Sequence record: SRR31156797_666
Reading direction: 5' to 3' (one strand)
DNA length: 47,436 nucleotides
Part shown: piece by piece, positions 1 to 9,474 of the stretch
How the letters are laid out: each line of letters opens with the position of its first letter
Numbering within the stretch: position 1 is the stretch's first letter
The notes under the pieces: generated by a model
The model's database searches: none
The model's input: the letters and a program-made list of their open reading frames with translations, nothing else
Told to the model about the DNA's origin: nothing
Made by a program: the position numbers and the translations under genes

Positions 1-609
1 ATCAATTAGCTCTGCCATACCCCAGAAATCAGTAATCATATAGTGATCTATTTCAAGCCCAAAGTTATTCTCTATAGTTTCTACTACTTTTTGTGGGTCA
101 TCATAGTGCCGCAATGCATAGTTAAGCCGCTGATAATCATTCATATCAGGATAGTAAACCAGAATATCACGCATTAGTGATGTTACCTTTACTTTATTGT
201 TTTTCTTATCAATAGTAAGGATGATATTCACATCACTTCGTGCATCATCAAATACATTTGGTTCTCTGGTATCGCAGCCAAGAACTAGGATATTTGTTAT
301 ATCCTGAGTCAATTCAGGCATCGGTGTAGCAGTAGGCGTTGCTTCTGGTGTGCTTGTAGGAGGCACAAAAGTAGGAGCGTCATCAGGAATAGGCTCTTCT
401 GTGGGGACAGGGGTCTCCGCCAGCGGTGTATTGGTGTAGGATACAATCTTTTCGTATGACAACTTTCCTAGCTGCATATACACAATTCCAAGATATACTA
501 ATCCAAGTACAAATAATCCAAGCAGAACAAAAAAGGCTATTAGTAAACCCTTAGCCATCTTCTGTCCACTTTTATATGACTCCATATATTTTGGAAGTTG
601 TTTTTTCAC
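1..609 (-). CDS. LCP (LytR-CpsA-Psr) family protein, paralogue 1; runs off the left edge of the window
   Basis: Not in the ORF track; translated by hand from a GTG at 609 (RBS AAAGGGTGA). Contains a TM helix, a Thr/Pro-rich linker, then NILVLGCDTR..ARSDVNIILTID..TSLMRD..RLNYA..EIDHYMITDFWGMAELID, collinear with the two neighbouring LCPs. Confidence 0.93.
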   Translation of the reverse strand, partial: MKKQLPKYMESYKSGQKMAKGLLIAFFVLLGLFVLGLVYLGIVYMQLGKLSYEKIVSYTNTPLAETPVPTEEPIPDDAPTFVPPTSTPEATPTATPMPELTQDITNILVLGCDTREPNVFDDARSDVNIILTIDKKNNKVKVTSLMRDILVYYPDMNDYQRLNYALRHYDDPQKVVETIENNFGLEIDHYMITDFWGMAELID

Positions 610-841
610 GATACATCACCCTTTATTACAATTCTATTACGGCACAGGTGAAGTATATCACCAATTCATAGTAATTTTCCTTGAGAAAATATTCATAATA
701 AGGGGTATAAATGTATTCAATGAAAGATATACAAAAAAATCACATAATTATTCAATAAATAATGTATCTATTGATAACAATGTGAAATTAAGATAATTAA
801 TACTAATTAAATTATAAATCTATTTTGTTATAATGTTATAT

Positions 842-1936
842 TTATTCATAAATGTACTCATGCAGTAAATCAATATTTTCCTCGTAGTCATACTCCCATA
901 TCCAAATAGATTTGTTATTTGTACTTTCGCTTTTGTACCAGCCTGGCTCATATGTACCATCAAAGGGGAAACGCTGGGTCTGAAGCTCATAATCTTTCAT
1001 TGAATACAGCAGTTTCGTAAGAGAAAGAATTTCGTCTGCATTCATATCAGTTGCCATCATATCAGGAAGTTTGTTAAGTATCTTTATTACTTCATCTATT
1101 GTCATATCCTGCAGTCGGGATTTTATATACTGCATGACTTTGAATTGTCTGTCGATACGCATCATACACGTATCCAGCTTTCTGATTCTCATATATGCCA
1201 CAGCCTGACGTCCTGTCATTTTGAGATTTCCAGGCTCATGGGGCAGGAAGTCCAGACTTACATTATCACCGTTTTTCTTGTTTTGATGGGCGAGGACATC
1301 ATTTGTTGCAGATATTTCATCATCGGTTATACTTACTTCGATACCGTCAAAGATATCAATCAAATCCTCCATACCCCAGAAATCAGTTATCATATAGTGG
1401 TCAATTTCGATACCGAAATTCTCTTCAATTGTTCTGACTAAGCCATCCGGATGATTATAGAAAGGTATGGCATAGTTAAGCCTCTGGTAATCCTCCAGCT
1501 CATCATAGTAAATTAGTATATCTCGCATAAATGTAATTAACTTGATTTCATCATTTTTTAAATCAATAGATAGTATCATATTTACATCACTACGGGAGTA
1601 ATTATAGTTACCTTTGCTTCTGGTATCACAGCCGATAACCATAATGTTGATTCTTTCCTGATTATACTTTTTGGTTGGTGTAGCCTCAGGTGCAGGTGTG
1701 GATTCGGGAGTAGAAGTGCTGGATGCAGCAGCAGTAACATTTGCAGAAAGAGCTTCAGTAACTACTGGGGTTCCAGTTAACTGATGCTCTTGTTTTATTC
1801 CTAAGTTATTTAATTTGATATAGATAACAATAAAATATATTCCAATTGCAACCACAGCAATTATAGCTAGAGCGCCAAGAGCAATCATAAATCTTGATAT
1901 AAATTTGATTAGCTTAATATTTTTATTATTACCCAC
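842..1936 (-). CDS. LCP family protein, paralogue 2
   Basis: GTG start, N-terminal TM, S/T/P linker, NIMVIGCD..RSD..MRD..LN..GRQAVAYMRIR..R..RQ LCP motifs. Confidence 0.93.
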   Translation of the reverse strand: MGNNKNIKLIKFISRFMIALGALAIIAVVAIGIYFIVIYIKLNNLGIKQEHQLTGTPVVTEALSANVTAAASSTSTPESTPAPEATPTKKYNQERINIMVIGCDTRSKGNYNYSRSDVNMILSIDLKNDEIKLITFMRDILIYYDELEDYQRLNYAIPFYNHPDGLVRTIEENFGIEIDHYMITDFWGMEDLIDIFDGIEVSITDDEISATNDVLAHQNKKNGDNVSLDFLPHEPGNLKMTGRQAVAYMRIRKLDTCMMRIDRQFKVMQYIKSRLQDMTIDEVIKILNKLPDMMATDMNADEILSLTKLLYSMKDYELQTQRFPFDGTYEPGWYKSESTNNKSIWIWEYDYEENIDLLHEYIYE

Positions 1937-1962
1937 ATTATTACCTATATTATTTTTATAGT

Positions 1963-3033
1963 TTACTTATACATGTACTCGTGTAAATAATCAATGTTTT
2001 TTTCAAAGTCAATCTCTACCACACTTCTGCCTTCATATTTTGTCAGTTCGTATGTATCGTCGAAGGGGACTCTCTGGGTCTGCATATCGCAGTCTTTCAT
2101 TGAGTACAATATTTTGGTTATCGAAAGGATTTCATTAGCACTCATATCAGTTGTAATCATGTCTGGAAGTTTATTAAGTATTTTTATGACTTCATCCAGC
2201 GTCATATCCTGTAATTCATCCTTTAGGTAGTGCAATACCTCATACTGCCTCTCTATTCTCTGAAAGTCTGTACCAATTGCTCTTACTCTCATATAGGCTA
2301 CAGCCTGACGACCAGTCATTCGCAGAGTGCCGGGATCATGAGGAAGAAAATCTTCTCTTAGATTGGTGCAGTCTTCGTTATGCCTGTTTTGGAAAGCCAG
2401 TATATCATTTACTGCTGATATTTCTTCATCTGATATTCTTAATTTGATACCATTAAATACATTTATCAAATCCGCCATGCCCCAGTAGTCTGTCAGCATA
2501 TAGTGATCAATTTCCACATCAAAGTTATCTTCAATAGTATTTACTACTCCGTCTGGATGATTATAATACTGGAGTGAAGCATTTAGTTTATTGTGTCTAT
2601 CCAAATCTTCGTAATATATATGTATATCCCGCATAAATGTAGTTAGCTTTATTTCATCGTTTTCCTGATCAATAGTAAGGATTAGATTAACATCACTTCT
2701 GGCGTTGCCGAATTTCCCTCTTTGCTTGGTGTCACAGCCGATTACCAGAATATTTATTACATCAATAGGTTCTGGTGTAGGTATAGGAGTTTCAGTAGGT
2801 GTTATTGTGATTTCAGGTGATTTATCCGCAGTAGGGGAAGCCGATGGTTCACTAACTACTGGCGTACCTGTAAGTCCCGTCTCCTCTGTCAATCCTAAGC
2901 TTCCAAGTTTAGAATAGACTACCACGGTGTATACACCAATGGCAGCAAATAATACCAAAACCAAGCCTGCTAAACACAGCAGGATTATGGTAATAGTTTT
3001 AAGTGGTTTTTTATTTTTATCTTTCTCTTCCAC
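1963..3033 (-). CDS. LCP family protein, paralogue 3
   Basis: GTG start with AAGGAG RBS, TM, TPTETPIPTPEP linker, RSD/MRD/RVRAIGTDFQRIERQ motifs. Confidence 0.93.
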   Translation of the reverse strand: MEEKDKNKKPLKTITIILLCLAGLVLVLFAAIGVYTVVVYSKLGSLGLTEETGLTGTPVVSEPSASPTADKSPEITITPTETPIPTPEPIDVINILVIGCDTKQRGKFGNARSDVNLILTIDQENDEIKLTTFMRDIHIYYEDLDRHNKLNASLQYYNHPDGVVNTIEDNFDVEIDHYMLTDYWGMADLINVFNGIKLRISDEEISAVNDILAFQNRHNEDCTNLREDFLPHDPGTLRMTGRQAVAYMRVRAIGTDFQRIERQYEVLHYLKDELQDMTLDEVIKILNKLPDMITTDMSANEILSITKILYSMKDCDMQTQRVPFDDTYELTKYEGRSVVEIDFEKNIDYLHEYMYK

Positions 3034-3044
3034 GTTTGCTCCTT

Positions 3045-4067
3045 CTAAACTTTGTAGTAATCCCTGTACCAGTCAATGAAATTACTTACTCCGTCTTCAA
3101 TTTTTGTATTAGGTGCATATCCTATATCTTCAGCTAAATCCTTGACATCTGCAAATGATTTTGGGACATCTCCTGCCTGCATATCCATGAAGTTTTTCTT
3201 CGCAGTTTTGCCCAGCTTCTTTTCAATAGCATCAATAAAGTCCATTAGTTTTACAGGCGAATTGTTTCCTATGTTGTATACTTTGTATGGAGCCCATGAC
3301 CTGGATGTATCACCCTCGGCAAGATTCCAATTACTGTCGCACTGTGGTATATGAGGTATCAGGCGGTAAATGCCCTCTACAATATCATCAACGTATGTGA
3401 AGTCTCTCTCCATATTGCCGTGGTTAAATACCTTGATTTCTTTATCTTCCAAGATAGCCTTTGTGAAAAGGAATAGTGCCATATCAGGTCTGCCGTATGG
3501 TCCGTATACTGTAAAGAATCGCAAGCCAGTTGTTGGAACATTGAAAAGGTGTGAATATGTATGTGCCATAAGCTCGTTAGCCTTTTTGCTGGCTGCATAC
3601 AGACTGACAGGATGGTCTACGTTGTCGTTGGTTTCGCTTGGGTATTTGTTATTGCCTCCGTATACACTGGAGCTTGATGCATAGACCAAGTGTTTTACTT
3701 CGTTGAATCTACATGCCTCCAAGATGTTTAGGAAGCCTTCAATATTTGACTTAATATAGGTATGAGGATGCTCCAAGGAATACCTTACCCCAGCCTGTGC
3801 AGCAAGGTTAACGACATAATTAATCTCAAAATCATCAAAAACCTTATCTACTGCCTCTTTATCCTCTAAATCAGCTTTTACAAAGTGAAAATCCTCATAT
3901 TTATTTAGAATATCCAGTCTAGCTTTTTTTAGATTGACATCATAATAATCATTTACACTGTCGAATCCTACAACGTAATAATTATTATCTAATAGTTTTT
4001 TTGCAAGGTGAAAGCCGATGAAACCAGCTGCACCTGTTACAAGCACTGTTTCTTTATTGTTTTTCAT
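3045..4067 (-). CDS. UDP-glucuronate 4-epimerase (CapI/WcaG-like NAD-dependent SDR)
   Basis: TGAAGFIG, NLAAQAGVRYS, ASSSSVYG, YAASK and GLRFFTVYGPYGRPDMA motifs. Confidence 0.92.
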   Translation of the reverse strand: MKNNKETVLVTGAAGFIGFHLAKKLLDNNYYVVGFDSVNDYYDVNLKKARLDILNKYEDFHFVKADLEDKEAVDKVFDDFEINYVVNLAAQAGVRYSLEHPHTYIKSNIEGFLNILEACRFNEVKHLVYASSSSVYGGNNKYPSETNDNVDHPVSLYAASKKANELMAHTYSHLFNVPTTGLRFFTVYGPYGRPDMALFLFTKAILEDKEIKVFNHGNMERDFTYVDDIVEGIYRLIPHIPQCDSNWNLAEGDTSRSWAPYKVYNIGNNSPVKLMDFIDAIEKKLGKTAKKNFMDMQAGDVPKSFADVKDLAEDIGYAPNTKIEDGVSNFIDWYRDYYKV

Positions 4068-4145
4068 TTATTTCTCCATTATTAATTCTGCCAAAAAGCA
4101 TTATATACTTATAATACCTTTTAATCAAGTTATACAGAATTACAT

Positions 4146-6254
4146 TTAGTTATCATAGTTAACTTTCTTCTTTGGTTTGTATATCATATCAGGTGAAGAA
4201 TAATCCTTTTTGTGATGATTTTTTACATCTTTGTAGAATCTCTCCTGAGAATTCAGCTTGTCCTCATCATTTGACACATATGAATATGTACCGTCTGTTA
4301 ATTGAACACGTGCTTTAACATTGTCATTTAACATAATATCCAAGGCATCCATCAAACGCTTTTTATTGTTTTCATCCTCTACAGGGAAGAGCACCTCGAT
4401 ACGCCTGTCTAAGTTTCTTGGCATCCAGTCTGCACTTGCCAGATATATTTCGTTGTCACCACTGGCTGTAAATTTGTAGATTCTGTGATGCTCCAGGTAT
4501 CTGCCTACTATTGAAATTACTTTGATATTTTCAGACAGTCCTTTAATACCTGAACGAAGCCCATTAATACCCCTGATAATCAATTCTATCTCTACGCCAG
4601 CTTGAGAAGCTTTATACAGCTTCCTTATAATACCTTCATCTATCAATGAGTTTACCTTTGCGACTATACCGCTTGGCAGACCATTTTTCTTATTTTCTAT
4701 TTCTTGGTCAATTTTTTCGATGAAGAATTTTCTAAGTCCTGCAGGAGCTACATGTATTTTCTTATATCGTGGTGGGAGTGAGTGACCGGTTAATACGTTA
4801 AACAAAGCAGCAACATCAGATGTAATCTTAAAATTTGCAGTCATCATGCCAAAATCGGTATACAACTTGGCAGTTTTATCATTGTAATTGCCAGTACCTA
4901 GGTGGACATAGCGTTTGATACCGCTGTCTTCCTTGCGGACAATAAGCAATGCTTTGCAGTGAACTTTCAATCCCTGTAAGCCGTATATTACATGGCAGCC
5001 TGCCTGCTCTAGTCTCTTTGCCCAGACGATATTGTTCTCTTCGTCAAACCTTGCCTTTAGCTCTACTAATACAGTTACCTGTTTACCTGATTGTGCAGCT
5101 TTCATCAGTGCGTCAACAATGGGGGAATTACCGCTGACACGGTACAATGTCTGCTTTATGGCTAATACTTTTGGATCATTGGCTGCCTGTACCACCAAAT
5201 CCACAACCTTGTCAAAGGATTCATATGGGTGATGGAGGAGTATATCCCCCTGTCTTATTTCGCTGAATATATTCGCACCTTTATTATTGTTAATTGCCTC
5301 AAGTGGCGGTGCTGAGTTGAATTTCAAATGATTGTATTTATTATTTGATGCAAATGAAAAGAGGAATGTTAAGTCAAGAGGACCATCAATATAGAAGATA
5401 TCCTCTTCGCTGACTTCGATTTTTGCCATAAGGAAATCTTTTAAATGACATTTATCATCTTCTATACAATTATTATTCATTATTTCCAGACGAACAGGTA
5501 CACCTCTTTTTCTCATGTTAAGTGATTTTTCAATTTCTGCTAATAAATCCTGTGCGTCCTCATCGATTGACAAGTCACCATTTCTTGTAATTCTGAAAAG
5601 CAGCATATCCTTAATCTTAAACCCGTTAAACAGCTCACTGGAATGATGTAGAATAATATCTTCCATCAGTACATATCGGTCAGAATCATATAGCTCAATG
5701 AACCTTGGCAGGACAGTAGGCAGCTGGATAATGGCGTAGACCAGACCGTCACTACCATTTTCTTTTAGGGATAGTACGACGTTGAGTTTATTGCCGGCAA
5801 GTCGAGGGAAAGGTCTGGAGGAATCAATTGCAAGCGGTGTCAATACATCTCTTACCTGTTCCTTGTAGTATTTATCTATGTATGATTTTTCGTTTGATGT
5901 TGCTTCGCTTAGAGGGAGTATATTTATTCCCTCTTTTTTACACATCTTCATTAGCTTTTTATATTGATCGTATTGGTTATTGCAAAATTCGTGGGACTTG
6001 TCCAGAACTTGTTTCAGCTGCATAGCCGGCATCATAGAGCTTATATCCATCTTTGTAACGCCGTAATCTACCTGCTGCTTCAAACCAGCTATCCGAACCA
6101 TAAAGAATTCATCCAGATTGGACGCTGTAATAGCTAGAAATTTGAGACGTTCAAATAGCGGATTATTCTTGTCCATTGCTTCCTGTAATACTCTGCAGTT
6201 AAAGTCTAGCCATGACAGTTCTCTGTTTGTAAATATTGCCTTGTCTTTACTCAT
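4146..6254 (-). CDS. ppk1: Polyphosphate kinase 1
   Basis: NRELSWLDFN.RVL, NLDEFFMVR, LHHPYESF, IKQTLYR, ELKARFDE, KVHCK, GTGNYN, RYLEH and SADWMPRNLDRRIE motifs. Confidence 0.97.
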   Translation of the reverse strand: MSKDKAIFTNRELSWLDFNCRVLQEAMDKNNPLFERLKFLAITASNLDEFFMVRIAGLKQQVDYGVTKMDISSMMPAMQLKQVLDKSHEFCNNQYDQYKKLMKMCKKEGINILPLSEATSNEKSYIDKYYKEQVRDVLTPLAIDSSRPFPRLAGNKLNVVLSLKENGSDGLVYAIIQLPTVLPRFIELYDSDRYVLMEDIILHHSSELFNGFKIKDMLLFRITRNGDLSIDEDAQDLLAEIEKSLNMRKRGVPVRLEIMNNNCIEDDKCHLKDFLMAKIEVSEEDIFYIDGPLDLTFLFSFASNNKYNHLKFNSAPPLEAINNNKGANIFSEIRQGDILLHHPYESFDKVVDLVVQAANDPKVLAIKQTLYRVSGNSPIVDALMKAAQSGKQVTVLVELKARFDEENNIVWAKRLEQAGCHVIYGLQGLKVHCKALLIVRKEDSGIKRYVHLGTGNYNDKTAKLYTDFGMMTANFKITSDVAALFNVLTGHSLPPRYKKIHVAPAGLRKFFIEKIDQEIENKKNGLPSGIVAKVNSLIDEGIIRKLYKASQAGVEIELIIRGINGLRSGIKGLSENIKVISIVGRYLEHHRIYKFTASGDNEIYLASADWMPRNLDRRIEVLFPVEDENNKKRLMDALDIMLNDNVKARVQLTDGTYSYVSNDEDKLNSQERFYKDVKNHHKKDYSSPDMIYKPKKKVNYDN

Positions 6255-6301
6255 TTTCTTATCCCTTCATGATGCAAATTTTTATAATTAATTTTATTAT
6301 T

Positions 6302-7843
6302 TTATACTTTGTTTACAAGCTGACATTTGAGTCCGAATACTTCTTCGAAAAATTGGCTCTTAAATTGGAATGTCCATTGCTCCAGTACAATGTTTTCTGG
6401 GCAGTTAACAATAATCTTAAGCTTGTTTTTTACTATTTTCATACTGATAGTGTCAATTTTCTGCATATGACTTCTGTCCAGAGCATCCGCCATTCTTATT
6501 ATAGCTGATAGCTTAGATACTATCATTTTGTCAGAATCATTAAGCAGCTGATAATGATGGTGCTCATTGGATGGCACTTCATTGGAGTGGTATCTCGCAA
6601 TGTTTGCTATAATAGTTATTTCTCTTTTACTTAGACCTATAATGCTTGTATCTAGGATAATATCTGCGCTTATTCTGTTGTGACTTTTTATATTTACGAA
6701 TTTACCTATATCATGGAGAATACTGGCAACTTCCAGATAGAGTCTTTCTCGTCTTGAAAACCCATGAACTTTTTTCAGATTATCAAATATGGTTAACGAG
6801 AACTGGGCAACTGACATTGCATGATTTTTATCATATTTATAGTTTTTCGCTATCACCTGAGCACTCATTACGCTGGAATGCTCAAATACAACCTTCATTT
6901 TTTTGTATTCAATAGGATTAAGGCTCTTAAACAGCATTGCGTGATTTATGGTAATATCCATATAGTTAATGCTTTCAGATTTTGATATATTCAGCAGCTT
7001 CTCATGGAGTATCATTGTGGGCAGAACCATACTTGCCTGCTCAGCGGTAATATTAAACTGGTTTTTTATTTCCATATATGATTTTGATTTTATATAGGTA
7101 TACATCTGGCTTAATTTTTCTTTACCAACTGCATTGATTTCCTGATTATTACTGCCGAAAATATGATTAATAAGGTTTACATTTTTGCCAGTAATATATA
7201 ATTGGTTTATTGGATATTTGTCAAACCGACCGACTAACTGGTCAAATGTTGAATCAATATACTCGTATATAGCTGTCAGCAAATCCTGATCTTCGTATTG
7301 GGACATATTACCGATTATTTCATTGAGTTTTAGAGTACCAACACGTATATTCTGTGAATAATATATCTTTCCGCCCTTGACTACGGCAACACCCAGAGAA
7401 CCAGTACCTATATATGCCATCAGATAGCATCGGCTTCTGGATTTAAGAGATGAGATGTTTTTAATCATGTGACGGTAGATATATGCTTTTTCTTCTCCGT
7501 CTTCTAGTATTTTCACCTTGTTACCAGTTTTGACCATTATCTGATCCAGCACATATTCTCGGTCAATTGCTTCTCTTAGAGCTGTAGTGCCAGTTAGAGT
7601 TATAGCACTATCAGGAACACCAAGATTATTGGCAATCTCACAATACTTATTTATCATTTCACAGATTGATTTTATTGTTGTGAAGTTTACTTTCTCGTTG
7701 TTGAATGTCTCTTTACCAAGAGTTAGAGGATATTCATAATCTTCTAATTCTTCATATTCGCTCTCTGAGTTTTGAGCAATAGTCATTCTAAGAGCAGTAG
7801 AACCAATATTCAATGCTGCTGCAATTTTTGATGCTTGCTTCAT
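6302..7843 (-). CDS. Ppx/GppA family protein with C-terminal HD domain; ASKHA active site degenerate
   Basis: IGS..LRM, TTALREA and IGTGS motifs, then LHDIGK..H..RYH..ADALD. Start placed at ATG 7843 behind AGAGGTGA. Confidence 0.88.
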   Translation of the reverse strand: MKQASKIAAALNIGSTALRMTIAQNSESEYEELEDYEYPLTLGKETFNNEKVNFTTIKSICEMINKYCEIANNLGVPDSAITLTGTTALREAIDREYVLDQIMVKTGNKVKILEDGEEKAYIYRHMIKNISSLKSRSRCYLMAYIGTGSLGVAVVKGGKIYYSQNIRVGTLKLNEIIGNMSQYEDQDLLTAIYEYIDSTFDQLVGRFDKYPINQLYITGKNVNLINHIFGSNNQEINAVGKEKLSQMYTYIKSKSYMEIKNQFNITAEQASMVLPTMILHEKLLNISKSESINYMDITINHAMLFKSLNPIEYKKMKVVFEHSSVMSAQVIAKNYKYDKNHAMSVAQFSLTIFDNLKKVHGFSRRERLYLEVASILHDIGKFVNIKSHNRISADIILDTSIIGLSKREITIIANIARYHSNEVPSNEHHHYQLLNDSDKMIVSKLSAIIRMADALDRSHMQKIDTISMKIVKNKLKIIVNCPENIVLEQWTFQFKSQFFEEVFGLKCQLVNKV

Positions 7844-7853
7844 AGTATCACCT

Positions 7854-8378
7854 CTATTTGTATAGGCTGTTTCCGGTTGAATCGATTGCACATATCAATG
7901 GCATGTTTTCAACAGTTAGTTCCCTTACTGCTTCGCTCAGTAAATCCTCAAATAATATTATTCCTGCTTCTTTTACACAGTCTGCCAAAAGAGCACCTGC
8001 ACCGCCAGTGGCTGAGAGGTATACTGCTTTATTGCGTATCATTGCGTCAACCACCTGCTGGCTTCTGTTTCCTTTACCTATCATTACTTTTAGTCCCAAA
8101 TCCAGAAGAGCAGGAGCAAATGAATCCATCCTATAGCTAGTTGTTGGTCCGCACGAACCAATTACATCTCCTGGTTTGTTTGGGCATGGACCAGTATAAT
8201 ATATTGCTTGATTTGTAATGTCGATTGGCAGTTTACCATCTTCTTTTAGTATATTTATTAACCTTTTGTGTGCAGCGTCTCTGCTTGTTAATATTTTACC
8301 GCTCAAAAGTACAGTATCACCTGCTTTGATTTTACTAAGGTCAAAGTTTTTTATAGGTGTGTGCAAATGATACTTCAT
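7854..8378 (-). CDS. Class I fumarate hydratase / tartrate dehydratase beta subunit (Fe-S hydro-lyase)
   Basis: GD.VLLSG.ILTSRDAAHKR, YYTGPCP, GSCGPTTSYRMD and MIGKG motifs. The ATG at 8378 overlaps the alpha-subunit stop (TGATG); GGAGGT RBS. Confidence 0.93.
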   Translation of the reverse strand: MKYHLHTPIKNFDLSKIKAGDTVLLSGKILTSRDAAHKRLINILKEDGKLPIDITNQAIYYTGPCPNKPGDVIGSCGPTTSYRMDSFAPALLDLGLKVMIGKGNRSQQVVDAMIRNKAVYLSATGGAGALLADCVKEAGIILFEDLLSEAVRELTVENMPLICAIDSTGNSLYK

Positions 8379-9223
8379 CAGATTATAACCTCCATATGGC
8401 GTACGCAGTGGCACTGAATATTGATAGCTACTGGCAATGATGCCAGATGGGTTGGATGCTCAATAATATTAACCGCCAGAGCAGTAGTATTGCCGCCTAA
8501 TCCCATCGGTCCGATGCCTAGCTCGTTTATTTTGCTTAGGAGTTCAATCTCCAAGGCTTTTAGTGTTTCGATTTCTGAATGAATACCCAGAGGACGAAGC
8601 AATGCCCTTTTTGCGTTTAATGCTGCTAACTCAAATGTACCGCCGATACCTATTCCAAGGGATATGGGCGGGCACGGATTGCCACCTGCAATTTTTACAG
8701 TTTCCAATACAAAATCTTTTATGCCCTCAATACCCTTTGCAGGCGTAAGCATTTTAATCCGGGACATATTTTCGCTGCCGAATCCCTTTGGAGCTACGCT
8801 GATTTTTATCTTATCGCCTTTTACAATTGCCGTATGGATAATAGCAGGGGTGTTGTCGCCTGTATTTTTTCTGTCCAAAGCGCTTAGCACAGAGTTTCTG
8901 AAATATCCGTCTTTATATGCTCTGCGTACACCTTGATTTACTGCATCTACTATATATTCACCAGTTATATGAATATCCTGTCCAATATCGATAAATATCA
9001 CTGCCATGCCTGTATCTTGGCATAGGGGCATATTTTTCTTCTCTGCAATCTTGATATTTTCTGACAGCTGATTTAGTATTTCCTTTGCATGAGGCAGAGT
9101 TTCGTTTTCCCCGGCATTTTTCAGGAATGAGGATAGATTCTTATCAGGTATAACACAGCAGTTCAAGAATAGTTCATAAATTGCATCTTCTATTTCTTTG
9201 GAATTCACTTCTCTTATCTGCAT
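8378..9223 (-). CDS. Class I fumarate hydratase / tartrate dehydratase alpha subunit
   Basis: PLCQDTG, NTGDNTPA, PKGFGSEN, GNPCPP, GIGPMGLGG and NIQCHCVRH motifs. Confidence 0.94.
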   Translation of the reverse strand: MQIREVNSKEIEDAIYELFLNCCVIPDKNLSSFLKNAGENETLPHAKEILNQLSENIKIAEKKNMPLCQDTGMAVIFIDIGQDIHITGEYIVDAVNQGVRRAYKDGYFRNSVLSALDRKNTGDNTPAIIHTAIVKGDKIKISVAPKGFGSENMSRIKMLTPAKGIEGIKDFVLETVKIAGGNPCPPISLGIGIGGTFELAALNAKRALLRPLGIHSEIETLKALEIELLSKINELGIGPMGLGGNTTALAVNIIEHPTHLASLPVAINIQCHCVRHMEVII

Positions 9224-9251
9224 TTTTCATCTCGCTTTTCTTATTATGATA

Positions 9252-9280
9252 ATTTTAATACACATAATGGTAAATGACAA
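9252..9280 (-). promoter_or_regulatory. sigmaA promoter for the fumarase-ppx-ppk run
   Basis: TTGTCA-17 bp-TAAAAT on the minus strand, just upstream of 9223. Confidence 0.55.
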
Positions 9281-9383
9281 GCTAAATACTTATATAATAT
9301 TTATGCTAAACGTAAAAAAATTAATATAACAAATGATAATTTTTTGACAATTTGTACTTGGATATGTATATTTTGCGCTTCGG

Positions 9384-9436
9384 TTCACAATTTGTTCACA
9401 TATTCCGTTTGTAATTGAGATATATAGTGTATACTA
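9384..9436 (+). promoter_or_regulatory. OmpR/PhoB-type activated promoter of the exporter operon
   Basis: TTCACA-N5-TTCACA (9384-9400), then GTAATTGAGATA (9411-9422) and TATACTA (9430-9436). The same architecture recurs at 13621-13671 on the minus strand. Confidence 0.7.
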
Positions 9437-9474
9437 TGTACAATGATAAATTATATTAACATTGAGAGGTTTAT

